From Octopus vulgaris (taxonomy: Eukaryota), in assembly GCA_951406725.2 (NCBI GenBank), contig OX597832.1, forward strand, positions 9,610,001-9,674,000: 64,000 nucleotides of DNA. The letters are read 5' to 3'. Made by a program: the position numbers and the translations under genes. The notes beneath the pieces are model-generated. The model was given only the letters and a program-made list of their open reading frames with translations. It was not told the DNA's origin and searched no databases. Shown in pieces: positions 25,965 to 39,003 of this stretch (position 1 is the stretch's first letter; each line of letters opens with the position of its first letter).

Positions 25965-26518
25965 TTGGGCTGTCCGGAAGTTCGTGTTGATTTTTAAAGG
26001 AAAGACAAAAATCGATAAATACTTGCCATTACATTTTTAATCAACCAAATATGGGCCATTTTATTGCACAATGTGTCTCCATCTTTCCTTTTACTTGAAA
26101 ATACCCACTTCTCGGAATTGAGGTGGTTACATGGCAAAGAATTCATCAAGCTATCTTCTTACGTCATCAAAGGATTTGAAATGTTTACCCTTAAGACTAT
26201 TCTGAATAAGTGGAAATCCGACGGATCAATATCTGATGAATATGGAGGGTGGGGTAACACATCCCAGCCGAGCTGCAATAATTTTGTCTGTTTCTCAAAG
26301 CATCAAGTGCCGAAAATGAACTTTCTTATTTTCCATTTTTAAGGGTTACAGAATTAACACAGGTTATAGGATCATAAATCTACTTCCACGAAAAGACAGC
26401 TTAAACAGTGCTCTAAATGGAGGTGTAGTAAAATCCTATTTTATGAACTCATCCATGTTCTTAAATTAGTCGAAAGGTAAGCTACTATAAATCAGCACGA
26501 TCTTTCCGGTCAACCCAA
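25965..26518 (-). mobile_element. Internally deleted mariner (Tc1/mariner) transposon
   Basis: Approximately 29-bp TIRs (TTGGGCTGTCCGGAAG.. / ..TTTCCGGTCAACCCAA) flanked by TA. Minus strand MENKKVHFRHLML is fused to QLGWDVLPHPPYSSDIDPSDFHLF..LDEFF..GIFK..ERWRHIV..NGPYL (YSPDLAPSD-like motif). Confidence 0.93.
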
Positions 26519-27769
26519 TACCTCTCCTGAATATGTCAATCTTTCAGCAAATATTCCATACGAAGTTTTGTCATTTTTCTTTTTCCCCTCCATTCTCACT
26601 GTAGCCTAATTCTCATTCATCTGTTTGTTTTACATATCTCTGTATTGTTGCCACCTCCCCACACTTTCATACGCATACCTACATCCATTTATATAGAAAA
26701 CCATTTAGCATTTCATTCGACCCATTCGTGTAGATATGGTTAGCAGAACACCTTGTATTTAGATGTGAATATATTTATTTATATTCGATTTAAAGTTCCC
26801 TATATGGCATAAACCAATTTAAAGTCTGTTAATTAGCGCCAGCGTATTACACTTATATATAATGATATAAATAAATGTGTAATTTTAACGGACATTAATC
26901 TCTTGGTCTAAGTTATTATATGCTGGCAGTTATTTATGTGTCCTAATTAGATGGCAAATGTCACATCTCGTATTATTAGATGGACTCAAGAACTGTACAA
27001 AATGTTCACACTTTATAATAAGTAAAATGCTTCGCTAGTGTGAGCAGGTGTGTGTGAGTTTGGATGTGTGTGCACGTGTGCGTGTGTGTGTATGCATTTG
27101 TGCTTGTGTGCATGAGATAGAGAGTGGTGTCAAAGTGACATGTGAAAAATTTGCAATACACATGTAATATATACTCATTATTTCAACAAGAAATTTTTAC
27201 AGGAGTTATCATGGTAGATTTTAGATCCTGATCAGCTGTGCTTACCTAACACGGGATCATTTTACCTCTATGAATCTATATTTGCATCCATCATATATAG
27301 TCAAAACTGAGGATGTAATATCCTCGTTAGGGATTTTAAAACCCGGATACCAACTGCTGTTATCGATTTATATATTGAGACACAATTCCGCAATATATAG
27401 GGACAAACCGTCCAATATTGTATTATAATAGTATAAGAAAATGGAGAAGAAATACAGTGGATACTTATTCGATTAAAACATACCGAACAATGTAATACCT
27501 ATAAGATAAAAGATCAAATAAAAATATAAACAAAAGAAGTGCCTGCGAATGATTTAGTCCGGTCACTAGGTGAACAGTGCTTCGGATCGTCACAATTCAA
27601 ACCATCTTAGATGTAGAATAAACCCACATTATGTCCGGATATAGTTTAATACACTCACCGGTAAAATCTCCATTTATTCCTTACTTTTATTTTCCTAAAA
27701 TTTTCGTAGCGTCATGCAACATTTTCAATAGTCTTGACTCTGTTATTTATACTGCGTTCCTTTTTGTTT

Positions 27770-28075
27770 GTGCACATGTGTGTGGGTCAGTGTGTGTACC
27801 TATGCATGTATGTATATATGTATGTACTTATGTATGTATGTATGTGTGTGTATGTATATATGTGTGTGTATGCATATGTATATATGTATGGTTGTGCAAC
27901 TGTATGTATGTATTCTGCATATTCATGTGCTTGCATGTCCGTGTTTGTGTAATTATTATGTATGTGTGTGACCATGTGTTTGTATATATGCACCTCTGTC
28001 TCCTTGTGTGTGTATGCCTGAGTGTGTGTGTATGCATGAGTGTGTGTGTGTGTGTGTGTGTGTGTATTTGTATAC
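27770..28075. repeat. Degenerate (TG)/(TATG) low-complexity tract
   Basis: Directly visible. Confidence 0.9.
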
Positions 28076-28396
28076 ATTTAAACTCGAATTTGGGTGACCA
28101 GCCCCGTTTCAATAGTTATGAATAAGTTAGAAGTTTATAGCTTATGAATATAGTGGCGACTGTAAACAAGAAGTAATTAAACGCCAAGAAATTGCTTTGC
28201 TGTTTATGTAGTTGTACATGAAGCACATAAAACGCCAAGAATTCACTTTTATTTAGAGCCACATTGAGAATATTGCAGTCGTTAACTTATATATCTTGTA
28301 CAGTATTTGAAACCTTGACCGGAGGCTGAAAATTGTAGATTAAAATTACATCACATCGCTCATTCATATTTTCTCTTCCATAAGTACCTATGAACT

Positions 28397-28500
28397 GGCA
28401 TGGCGTCTTGTGGTTAACTAACTCACATTGCTTCGTGTTCAGTCCCGTCGTGGGGTCCATTTTGCTTGTGACTTCTACTAATCCAAGGCAAGTAAAAGAC
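28397..28500 (+). mobile_element. Degenerate SINE family C head
   Basis: GGCATGGC..TGTGGTTAA..GTTCAGTCCC..GTGG..CTTCTACTA resembles the head of the 43344 copy. Confidence 0.5.
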
Positions 28501-29360
28501 TATAAGACGAGTAAAAGATAAAAGAAAATTTTAAAATATATTTCTTCCTCATGCATTGAGTAACTTTAGGAATGCTGAATGCTTCCGTTTGTATTATCGT
28601 GTTTTTTTTCTTTAGCCGTTTGTTATTAATCTGGGGATTTATGAAATATGATCAGTGCCTGCATGTCATTTTTATGTCAAGTTTAATTATGACTAGTATT
28701 ATACACCATTTCAAAGCAGGAGAAATTTAAGTACGATTGCTTGCTTGCTGTGTATGAGCTACGTATTTCATACTGCTATTGGATATTTATATGGTGGAAA
28801 AAAGAAAACCACAATTCTCAATTTGTATATGTAGGGCACATGTTGCTTATACTCCAAGGACGTTTTTGAGATAGATTTATTAATTTCACAAACGTATACC
28901 ATTTAAATGTGGAATAATATTCCTGTTATTCTTCTCTACGTAAAATTATCATGGTATAACGATATACGAAATATAATATGATATCCGTTAAGGAAAAAAA
29001 ACAACATTTTTACCATATTCTTATTCACGCATAAAATATATCTACAAGGAGAACATGCACTTTTCGTTATACATACCAGATGGCAAAATAAAACCATTGT
29101 CAAGTATAAGAGTTACCAGATGTACTTTTCGTCCTGATTTCTGCCATCAGATACATTTTTCTGAGAATAAAATTCATTTGAAATATCTAACTAGTGATAT
29201 TACATGCACAAACAATAAATCTGCTTCAAATTTGGGAACGCTATGAGTATAATGATGCGTGAGTTTGAGAAAATTTCCATTTGAATATGGATACTTATAG
29301 CACGATAACTATTATTGTGCATAATATTTATTAATACTTCATTTGATACTTATATGTCAA

Positions 29361-29777
29361 AGGTGGCGAGCTGGCAGAATCGTTAGCACGCTGGGCGAAA
29401 TGCTTAGCGGTATTTCGTCTACGGCTACGTTCTGAGTTCGAGTTCCGCCGAGGTCGATTTACCTTTCATCCTTTCGGAGTCGATTAAATAAGTACCAGTT
29501 ACACACTGGTGTCGATATAATCGACTTAATCCCTTTGTCTGTCCTTGTTTGTCCTCTCTGTGTTTTTTTGCCCCTTGTGGGAAGTAAAGAAATAAGTATT
29601 TCGTCTGCCGCTACGTTCTGAGTTCCAATTTCACCGAGGTTGACATTGCCTTTCATCCTTTCGGGGTCGATTAAATAAGTACCAGTTACGCGCTGGGGTC
29701 GATGTAATCGACTTAATCCGTTTGTCTGTCCTTGTTTGTCCCCTCTATGTTTAGCCCCCTGTAGGCAATAAAGAAAT
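29361..29777 (+). mobile_element. SINE family M, tandem dimer
   Basis: Head, then two units beginning GTATTTCGTCT (29410 and 29596). Each unit has GCCTTTCATCCTTTCGGGGTCGAT..AAATAAGTACC, which resembles the Meta/MESC SINE core. Confidence 0.92.
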
Positions 29778-30719
29778 GAATATATTACATTTATTCCTCT
29801 ACGGTACTAGCATTTTCTTCCCTTGCAATGGATTACTAAATCTCGCATCTCCCCTAAGCAACTATTATTATTCGACATAAATCAGTGTCTCTGATATATT
29901 TTACAAATATTTATATAAATCTATTTCCAAATATATCTTTATCTTAATCTATTTATTCTTTAATTGGCATTTAAAATTCCTACCTTGACTTTTCCTTATC
30001 TTTTTATCCCTGTTACATCTTTTATATCATTTGCAATGGAATATCTTATTTTATAAAATCTCTAGAAAAATGTTTTTATATAAAAGTATTTCGTCTTTGT
30101 ATTATTTTAATTTTGTATATCCTATATTATTAAGTTTCTATATATCTATATACGTACCTATGTAACTGTGTAGCTTCTAGAGATTGTAGAGGTGTTTATA
30201 ATTTGTTTTCACAAAACTTACTTTATAATATATTACAGTATTATATTTATATTTATAAATTTATACGTTCTTATACCCTTTCCTAATTGTTTCATAGTGC
30301 TCGATATGGAAATATATATATTTTTTATTTTAGTACTTTTTTATCGTGTAATATTCAATAAATAGTTACATACTCATATTGGTTTAGCTATTATTTTTGC
30401 ATACACTTTATTATACATATAGATTAACTCTAATTTGATTTACTCCTTACATTCCATTCCATATTTTCGATATTCTATACTTATCCACCTGTAATAAGGG
30501 TAATAATCCTTGTTTTGAATTAATATATGCCATGAACTCCTACACAGGCGATAATGTAATTCAATTATAAATTCATTGTGGAACGGTTTTATCAGGACCA
30601 CCATAACATTATGTTAAAGAAAGGCCTTATGATATTTCTTTATTGAAGTATGTCATTATTAGGTTTTACGTTTAATTTCTATCCTTTTCCTATATATATT
30701 TATATCAGTCGCTATGATA

Positions 30720-30894
30720 GATTGTTACCCACTACACACATTTTTTCTCTCCTTGTTTTTTTCTGTGTCCCTTTCTGTAGAAGAACTTAGGCTCGAATTG
30801 TAAAATACTTTTTTCTATTCCTGAGCGTTATACTAATAAATCTGTTTGTTTTGTACACCACCTGTCTTCGTCTTTTGTTTTTTTCGTAATATCC

Positions 30895-30898
<4 letters not shown>
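30720..30898 (+). mobile_element. Short PLE-like cassette with a decayed minimal hammerhead, related to 51296-51497
   Basis: CTTT-CTGTAGA-AGAAC-TTAG-GCTC-GAATT-GTA-AAAT at 30771-30806; downstream GAGCGT..TACT..CCAC..GTC..CG tract resembles the 51.3 kb cassette; ends in (TA)n. Confidence 0.55.
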
Positions 30899-30978
<80 letters not shown>

Positions 30979-30993
30979 GTGTGTGTGTGTGTA
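30899..30993. repeat. (TA)n-(TG)n microsatellite
   Basis: Directly visible. Confidence 0.97.
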
Positions 30994-31739
30994 TAATGAT
31001 TATCGAACTTTCGTATAATAAATTTCCAAAGTTATGAATTACTACATCCCTTACCTCTCGATTCTAATTCCCACCCTTAGAGATTATATTACTTATCTCT
31101 TTCTTTTTTCATTATATTCCCCATTTTTTAAAATCATGTAAGTAAGTATTAACCACTCCTTCTTCTAGTTATCACCTCTTCCCCATCAATCATTCTTTCA
31201 CTGGGAGCTCTGAGGCATTTCCTTTCGTGTAGATAAACCTAGACAGATTCTCCCAGTAAAATAAGGGGCAGGGAAATTGTCTGACATTAAACGATTTATC
31301 ACCATCACCTAGAACACAAATGACAACTCCCAATGGCCTTAATTTTCAATGTTTTTACACTACATGCTGCATAAAATCTTATGAATAAAAAAAAAAGGAA
31401 AAATAAAAATGAATAACTATCTTGCCACTCCTTTATCTTGCGGCTCACTATTTTCATTTGCGACTCTCCAAATTATAGTATGCTTAATAAGATATGCATT
31501 ATTTTTAAAATTCATTCTGCCAGAAATATAACGTACGGAAACAATGTAATTATTTTGATTTCTACTACTGATATAAATATGTTACAAATAGTTTATCCTT
31601 TGTGTTAGACATTATGGTCATCTACATGTGAGGAGAGCGGTTTCTTCTAAATTGATGTAATGCTTTCATTGATCGGTTAAATGGGGCAACTTGAAACGGC
31701 CGCAATACCTGGACATGCTGATTACTTATATATATTTTT

Positions 31740-32310
31740 TTATACGTTTTAGTCTAATGGTGGTGGCTATGTTGTAGCACCGTTAATTAAATCGCGTTTT
31801 CAAAGGCTATTCTTATGCGACTGACCCTTGGTGAAGCAGGGAGACAGACACTGTTAACATGTGTCTAGTGTCTTGCCGTGATATTGGTTTATCAGGGCTC
31901 TTGGTCAGCAGACTATTTGTTTCTTGGAAGATCCTCTACTGCATGATGATCTCTCATGTTTGGCAAGGCATTAAAAAACTGTAGGTCTTTGAATCCCAAT
32001 CTAACATAGTACGTGGTCTTCAGTTTAGATAGGAGACGTGGGTCTTTTCGAACACTGGAGCGACGTCCATTTCAGGGCTTATGTCACTCAGTAATAAAGT
32101 TTGGTGCTAATCCCTCCAGGATATTCCATACGTATATTGATACATACCTATGCCATCTTCACCTCAACGAGTAGCCGTATAGCACTTTCAGTCTCTCCCA
32201 GAAGCAGAGCTATTCTATTGAGGCAAACTTCCGGGTGTAGGACCACTGAAATGACTCAAGTTCCACTATCAATCTGATTGTGTGAGATGACTACAGTCGA
32301 GAATATATAA
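31740..32310 (-). mobile_element. Old CR1-type LINE 3' fragment
   Basis: Minus strand ELESFQWSYTRKFASIE*LCFWERLKVLYGYSL..RYVSIYVWNILEGLAPNF aligns with the 13 kb ORF2 C-terminus. Its end CGGTGCTACAACATAGCCAC..GACTAAAAC resembles the CR1 terminus. Confidence 0.8.
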
Positions 32311-32319
32311 CTCTCTATT

Positions 32320-32333
32320 TCTCTCTCTCTCTC

Positions 32334-32371
<38 letters not shown>

Positions 32372-32448
32372 CATATAAATATATATATATACACACACAC
32401 ACATATATATATATATATGCACATACATATACATACATAGGTATGCAT

Positions 32449-32520
<72 letters not shown>
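32320..32520. repeat. (TC)/(TA)/(CA)n compound microsatellite
   Basis: Directly visible. Confidence 0.95.
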
Positions 32521-32522
<2 letters not shown>

Positions 32523-32789
32523 TAACATATAATTGCCAACCAAGTTGGATGCCTATACGGGACAGTGCTACTGACGTTCATAGCCCCAGGAAGTCATCTC
32601 TTCCAGCTGACTCTCGACACACATTCTATGGCAGATTAGTACTTGCAAGGAAAGGTCAACGCAAATACTAACCAAACACAGAACGTGTGTCGTTGGCCAG
32701 TTGGAAGAGTTGTCCTCTTGGGGCTGTAAACCTCAGTAGCACTGTCCCTTATAGGACGCTCCACTTGGTTGGCAATTATATGTTACGAT
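32519..32789. mobile_element. Foldback element / MITE with arms of about 125 bp
   Basis: ATCATAACATATAATTGCCAACCAAG... and ...CTTGGTTGGCAATTATATGTTACGAT; complementarity continues inward to a loop of about 14 nt near 32647-32660. Confidence 0.8.
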
Positions 32790-33613
32790 TACGTATTGCT
32801 ACTGTTTACATCTCTCTGCTTTGTCCTTTATGTACAAGGTATAGGGGCATAGAAATATTTTGGATTACTCCTAAACACAATTCTATTTGAGGAAAATACT
32901 GTTTGGTGCTTCTATCTCAATAGGTTTTTGGACATCAAATTTTGCATTGCAAAATACGTAGTTTTTTCATATAAATAATAAAAAAAGAGCTGCAAATCTC
33001 AAATAGTCGAATTCCTTCGTGTTGTTCTGGTGGTGAGTATGTATTAACTGTGATCTTTAATGTGCTCAGTAAAGTTCTTTTTCTATGCAATATTTTAATG
33101 ATTTTGTATTTATTTCTTGTTTTTACAATTTCCATCAGGCGATTCTGTGCTGTTTTCAGAACTGTTTTATTAATTTGGTGATTGGAAAACTAATATATAC
33201 ATAATTAAATTCATGTGGTTGTCATACAATTCTAAAACGATATTCAGAACATAAATAGAAGTAATTCAAACTCTAATGAGTTTTGGATCTATAGGATTTA
33301 CTACTTCACGCCCTCTTAATATTTCATATTTCTCTTAGATGCAAATGATGGAAACATGTAATAAACGGAATTATATTTCATGAAAAGTAACGCAATATAG
33401 TGATTAATGAATAATCGAAATAAACATAGTAGAGACATGATATTGAGGATTCTGGTCAATTACAACATGCGAGGGCGTATGTGTTTATAATTTCATATAG
33501 AATTGTTGCAGTCCATAATTTCTTCAGAGATGTTGTGCAAAGAATATCTAATGATATTGCGTTTATGTCTCTCTCAGAGAAATATATATGTCATCATTTA
33601 TTTGTATGTAATT

Positions 33614-34116
<503 letters not shown>

Positions 34117-34699
34117 AAAGACTTGGCGAATTTGTCCTAAAGTTCTTATCCCGACTAAAAAATAACGAAGCCAATGTCATTTATCTCCCTTTGTTCTCAT
34201 GCGCCATCTGACAAACGCCAACCAAGCTAACGGGAATCAGCGAAGCTTTACCTGCTAGCAATAGCAACACAAATTCTTTTAAAGCAGATCGTAATGCTAA
34301 ACGTTCAAGAAGCAAACGAATGACAGATGTATCATTCCGAGATCATCCTAATTCCCAAAATTCCCATATCTTTATGTCGAACATGTGTAAACTGAAATAG
34401 GGGGTCTCAGACAGATAGAATTTCGCGTTTATTATTACAGATATTCACTTATGATTTGATGGTTTTTTAATGCTATTTTAATTCAGATTAAAAAGTACGA
34501 AACATACGTACACTCACACATGACATATGTATACAAAGTGTGCATATGTTTGTAACCTGAAAATGTAGCGTGTAGATAGTCACTGATATTTTCGTCTGGA
34601 AAGTTACAATCTTAGAACAAAAAGCACATGCCCGCTACACTTCCATTGAATAACATTTGCAAGGATTGACACTATTTATTTATAAAAAAAAAGGCATTT

Positions 34700-35442
34700 T
34701 AATGACACCGATAAACTACTGAAATAAATGTAGAAGTAATACCAGAGATAAAAATCTCAGCCGGTATATTGAAGGGAATACCAGACATAAAAACAATTCT
34801 TAAACTTTGAACACAAATACAAATAGCAGCCAATATGAAGGTTAGTGTTATGAGTTGCCAGGTAGGGAAAGCGTTCTGTATACTGGGCAGTAGTTTTCTG
34901 ATTCGGCGAGAAAGTCCACTTCGATTCCTGCCCCAGACAGCATTGATATCTGTCTGCAACAGTTACATCTTAAACGACTTGGTGTTATATGCTCTTTCCT
35001 ATGGTGATTATTTTTTTTTCATGTATGTAGTTTTAGGATCTGTAATAAGTAAGTTCAGATGTTTAGAGGCTCTCCAATCGAGCTAAAATACATTAACACA
35101 GCATCGAAAACAAGGTATTAAGCTTTTGGAAGAATCTGGAAAATTAAAGATGGTCTTCAAGGAATCGGTGATATGCGAGACTATGCGTAAACCAACAGGC
35201 ATATGTGTGCGTGCACAGCTGGGGAGGTGAATATGACCGAATAACCTGCTATATTGCGTAAACGTTTGATACTTACGTCCAGAATTCATGTCGAGCTATG
35301 TTTTCGCAAGGTAACACACTCTGAAAATCTCGTGAGACATGTACGGAGTGCTATGAGTATTTTTTTTTTGTAAAAACATGTAGTCAGAAAAAATGGGAGA
35401 AGAATAAGAAGGGGAAGGAGGAGAAGAAAATGGAGGCGGAGG

Positions 35443-35495
<53 letters not shown>

Positions 35496-35496
35496 T

Positions 35497-35543
<47 letters not shown>

Positions 35544-36120
35544 TAATAATAATAATAATAATAATAAAAAGAAGAAATTGAAGAAGTAGAAGGGTTAGAA
35601 GAAGAAAAGAAAAAAAAGAGAGAAGAAGAAGAAGAAGAAGAAGAAGAAGAAGAAGAAGAAGAAGAAGAAGGAGAAGAAGAAGAAAGATTAGCTCCCATTA
35701 TTCAATCATAATAAGGATATATCGTATGATTATTCGTAGGCGTTTGGAAGATTGATCAAAATTTTTGAACTACTCGATGAAATCTAAATACTCATACTTC
35801 CCTTGCTTTTCGAAAGACGGTGTATGGTTTTCGTTTAAAGTCAAGGTTTCTAGCTCTGGTTATTAAAGTGATTTTATTGCCTGCAGGTATTCTTCTAGTC
35901 TCACGAGTACATATTTTATAATAAAAGCTTTTAATTGCAGAAGAAACGCCACTACATGTTCGATGTAAATAGAATATTCCCTTTGAGGCTACTGCGTTAA
36001 AATCTATTCCAATAGATTTCTTGCTGTTCCTTATGTCTGTTTGCATCGGTAGAAAAATAGCCTTTATCGTTTTCGCCTTCTGGGCAGTGTTTCCGAATTT
36101 CTCTTTAAATTCCTGCTAGC
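34700..36120 (-). mobile_element. Possible ancient non-LTR relic interrupted by a microsatellite
   Basis: Coding-like composition; weak RT-like fragments only (GNKITLITRA, RVCYLAKT). Confidence 0.25.
35395..35686. repeat. (AAT)n and (GAA)n microsatellites
   Basis: Directly visible. Confidence 0.97.
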
Positions 36121-37192
36121 ATGTCTAGTTTTGGAAAAAAAGAAATCGATTTTGATTTGACTTATCTCAATTTTACTTGTATTAAATATTATTTTATACG
36201 CACCTTGTTAATCACTTAAACAGGAACATATTCATTCACAATTGATTTCAATAATATTTTGACAGAATACATGCAATTGAATAAGCATATATATGAATAA
36301 TATTCATTAGATCATTTCATAACTGTGATGAAATGTATCTGGTCTGTATGTTTTAGTGTTTATTATTCAGTAATAACCGTCGATCATGATGCAATTCTAA
36401 ACATCTAGGATTGTATTTTCGGTACATGAATAAATATTGACGAAATTATTCAAGTTACCCAATGGTAACTATGATTCTAGTTTACTTGTGAGTGTAACAA
36501 AAGTATATTTTAAACTGTCTTCATGACATGTACCCTCTTGACACATAAATGATATTGATAAGAGGAAATCTATTGAATAGTATAATACATTTAAAATAAT
36601 AACTGGAGCATCTAAAAAACCCCATACGTTACGGTAAAACAGTTCAAAATCAGAAATAGAACCATCGTGTGATATGATCTATGCTGGAAATCACTATGTT
36701 GGTGACTAAAATGTGATAAAAAATGGAATTCATTCTTGAAAAATCTAAGGTATCCTTACCTGTTAAGGTATTGAGATATGATTTAAATTTTAACGCTTAA
36801 CATGTGTATGTTAATCCTTCTTAAATATTATTTGTATGTTGTACAAGCTTTAAGCAAATTTACTTTAAATAATCTAATTTTTCTCTTCCTAGTAATTGTC
36901 TTGCCAATGCCCCATTATTTTAAACATCACAACGGTTTTTTTTGGGGGGTGGGGGTCATTCCCTGAGAGAAACTTCTGGCAATTCCTCTACTAAATTACC
37001 GTGCGTTATTTCATTTCACCCAAGGTTTTCTTAAAATACAAGGTATGATACCTTTCCATATCTGCAAGAAACACTTGCAAGTATGTGCCACTTACATTTA
37101 GCCAAATGTGCTACCACTCATCAGAATATATTTTTTACTCGTTGATCGTGTAATTAGAACTTCATTAGTTTTATTATTTTCGATAATGCAGA

Positions 37193-37384
37193 TCTATATT
37201 TAAGAGATGAGAAATTACGCACAGTATTTATATTATTTACATTTGGCGGCTATTTGTCCTCATCTTGTATGTTGTTAACACAACGTTTCGGCTGATAAAC
37301 CCTCCAACCTCCATTAGGTGTTTTGGGGAAATTTCGAATCCGGGCATATGGCGTAGTGATTAAGAGCGCGAGCTACTAATCCCA
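37193..37384 (+). mobile_element. SINE family P: inverted 3' tail (37193-37340, with hammerhead) joined to a tRNA-derived head (37341-37384)
   Basis: Same architecture and junction (CGGGCATATGGCGTAGTG) as 63020-63472. Confidence 0.82.
37277..37322 (-). ncRNA. Minimal type I hammerhead with a mutated core
   Basis: AACAC-CTAATGG-A-GGTTG-gagggtttat-CAGCC-GAAAC-GTT-GTGTT: perfect 5-bp stem I, stem II and palindromic AACGTT stem III; core differs from CUGAUGA at two positions. Confidence 0.65.
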
Positions 37385-37391
37385 TGCTGGA

Positions 37392-37455
37392 CTAAAGGCG
37401 GTGCTCCAGCATGGCCACATTCAAATGACTGAAACAAGTAAAAGAGTAAAAGAGT
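37392..37455 (+). mobile_element. 3' tail of SINE family C (CR1-like terminus)
   Basis: AAAGGCGGTGCTCCAGCATGGCC..ACTGAAACAAGTAAAAGAGTAAAAGAG matches the reverse complement of 42938-43000. Confidence 0.85.
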
Positions 37456-37481
37456 ATATATGTATGTATATATATGTACAT

Positions 37482-37550
<69 letters not shown>

Positions 37551-38202
37551 TGTAAGTGTCCTTACATATATGCGTGTATTTGTACACATATATGTGTGTG
37601 TTTGTGTGTGCATGTGAGTGAGTATGTGTGTATAAATTATGCACATTATGTTATTGTATCTATTTGGACCAGAATCCCAGTCCTTAATGCTACTTCCCAT
37701 GCTCCTAGGCAAATGTCTGTGAAATGTGAACCTACTTTTACTTAATATGAATATCTCAAATTTGATATTTCCTTCAAGCAACACGTTTATGAAGATATCT
37801 ATCAATTACACCTTTCCTATGCAGGAGGAATTCGGTTTTCTAAATTCAATTACAATAAGAATTCTTAAACCTTTTACAACAGGTCTTGTCTGTCCCCTTT
37901 AATTCTGCAACAAGATATGTAATTCAAATGGTTACACTTAATGTACTAGGATATAAACGAAACTTTATTGCTCACAGAGAATCCATGTAGTATGCCGCTC
38001 TTCAAATGATATAACACGATATTTAAAGGTCCCAGGAATGTAAATATTGTTTAATTTTTCTTTATGAGTTGTGAATTGTTTATTCGAGACTACGTTACGA
38101 GACTTGATGAAATGAGTTCGTGTAGTTAACTCATGAACTTAATGGTTTGCTTGTTTGAATATAACTTTAGTCTTTAGTAGCGTTACGAGAATCCCTATAA
38201 TA

Positions 38203-38584
38203 GGAGCACACCGTCGGTTCCGACGATGAGTGTCCCAGCTGATACGATCAATGGAACAGCTTGCTCGTGATATTAATGTGCAAGTGGCTGAGCACTCCAC
38301 AGACACATGTACCCTTAACGTAGTTCTCGAGGAGATTCAGCGTGAAACAGAGTGTGACAAGGCTGGCCCTTTGAAATACAGGTACAAGAGAAACAGGAAG
38401 AAAGAGCGAGAGAAAGTTGTGGTGAAAGAGTACAGCAGGGTTCACCACCACCCCCTGCCGGAGCCTCGTGGAGCTTTAGGTGTTTTCGCTCAATAAACAC
38501 TCACAATGCCCGGTCTGGGAATCGAAACCGCGATCCTCCGACCGCGAGTCCGCTGCCCTAACCACTGGGCCATTGTACCTCCAC
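38203..38584 (-). mobile_element. tRNA-derived SINE family A, full length
   Basis: Minus strand A box TGGCCCAGTGG and B-box-like GGTTTCGATTCC; flanking AATCCCTA at 38190-38197 and 38590-38597 is a probable TSD. Confidence 0.94.
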
Positions 38585-38654
38585 AAGAAAATCCCTAACA
38601 CCTTCAACACTCATTGATGTCGTCTCTGGTATTTTCACAAGCAACCCGCGACCA

Positions 38655-38911
38655 TCAACGTCACCACCGTCATTATGATCCCGACCATCACCAACCTGCT
38701 CTCTTCCTCCCCCTCCTCCGGGTCGTCATCATCAACATCATCGACTTTTTCATCGTCATCCGTCGTTGCACCATAACCATGATCGCCATATTCATCACCG
38801 TCATCGCCGTCGTCGTCGCCATGATCACCACCACCATCGCCATCATCATCATCATCATCATTGTCATCACCACCACCACCACCACCACCATCATCATCAT
38901 CATCGTCATCG

Positions 38912-38955
<44 letters not shown>

Positions 38956-39003
38956 GTCAGCATCATCATCATAATCATCATCATCATCAGCATCAGCAGC
39001 AGC
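38655..39003. repeat. Imperfect (CAT)n/(CAC)n/(CGT)n microsatellite
   Basis: Directly visible; source of the poly-His/Ile/Met ORFs. Confidence 0.95.

Noticed and set aside
27245-27335. Possible decayed hammerhead on the minus strand (CTAACGA-GGAT...ATCC-CGTGTT)
   Set aside because: The core is mutated and GAAA is absent; too degenerate to support.
38500-38584. tRNA gene calls for SINE heads (also 7862, 43270-43344, 44890-44954, 51780-51848, 63089-63145)
   Set aside because: A and B boxes are present, but cloverleaves are incomplete and each head continues into a repeated SINE body.
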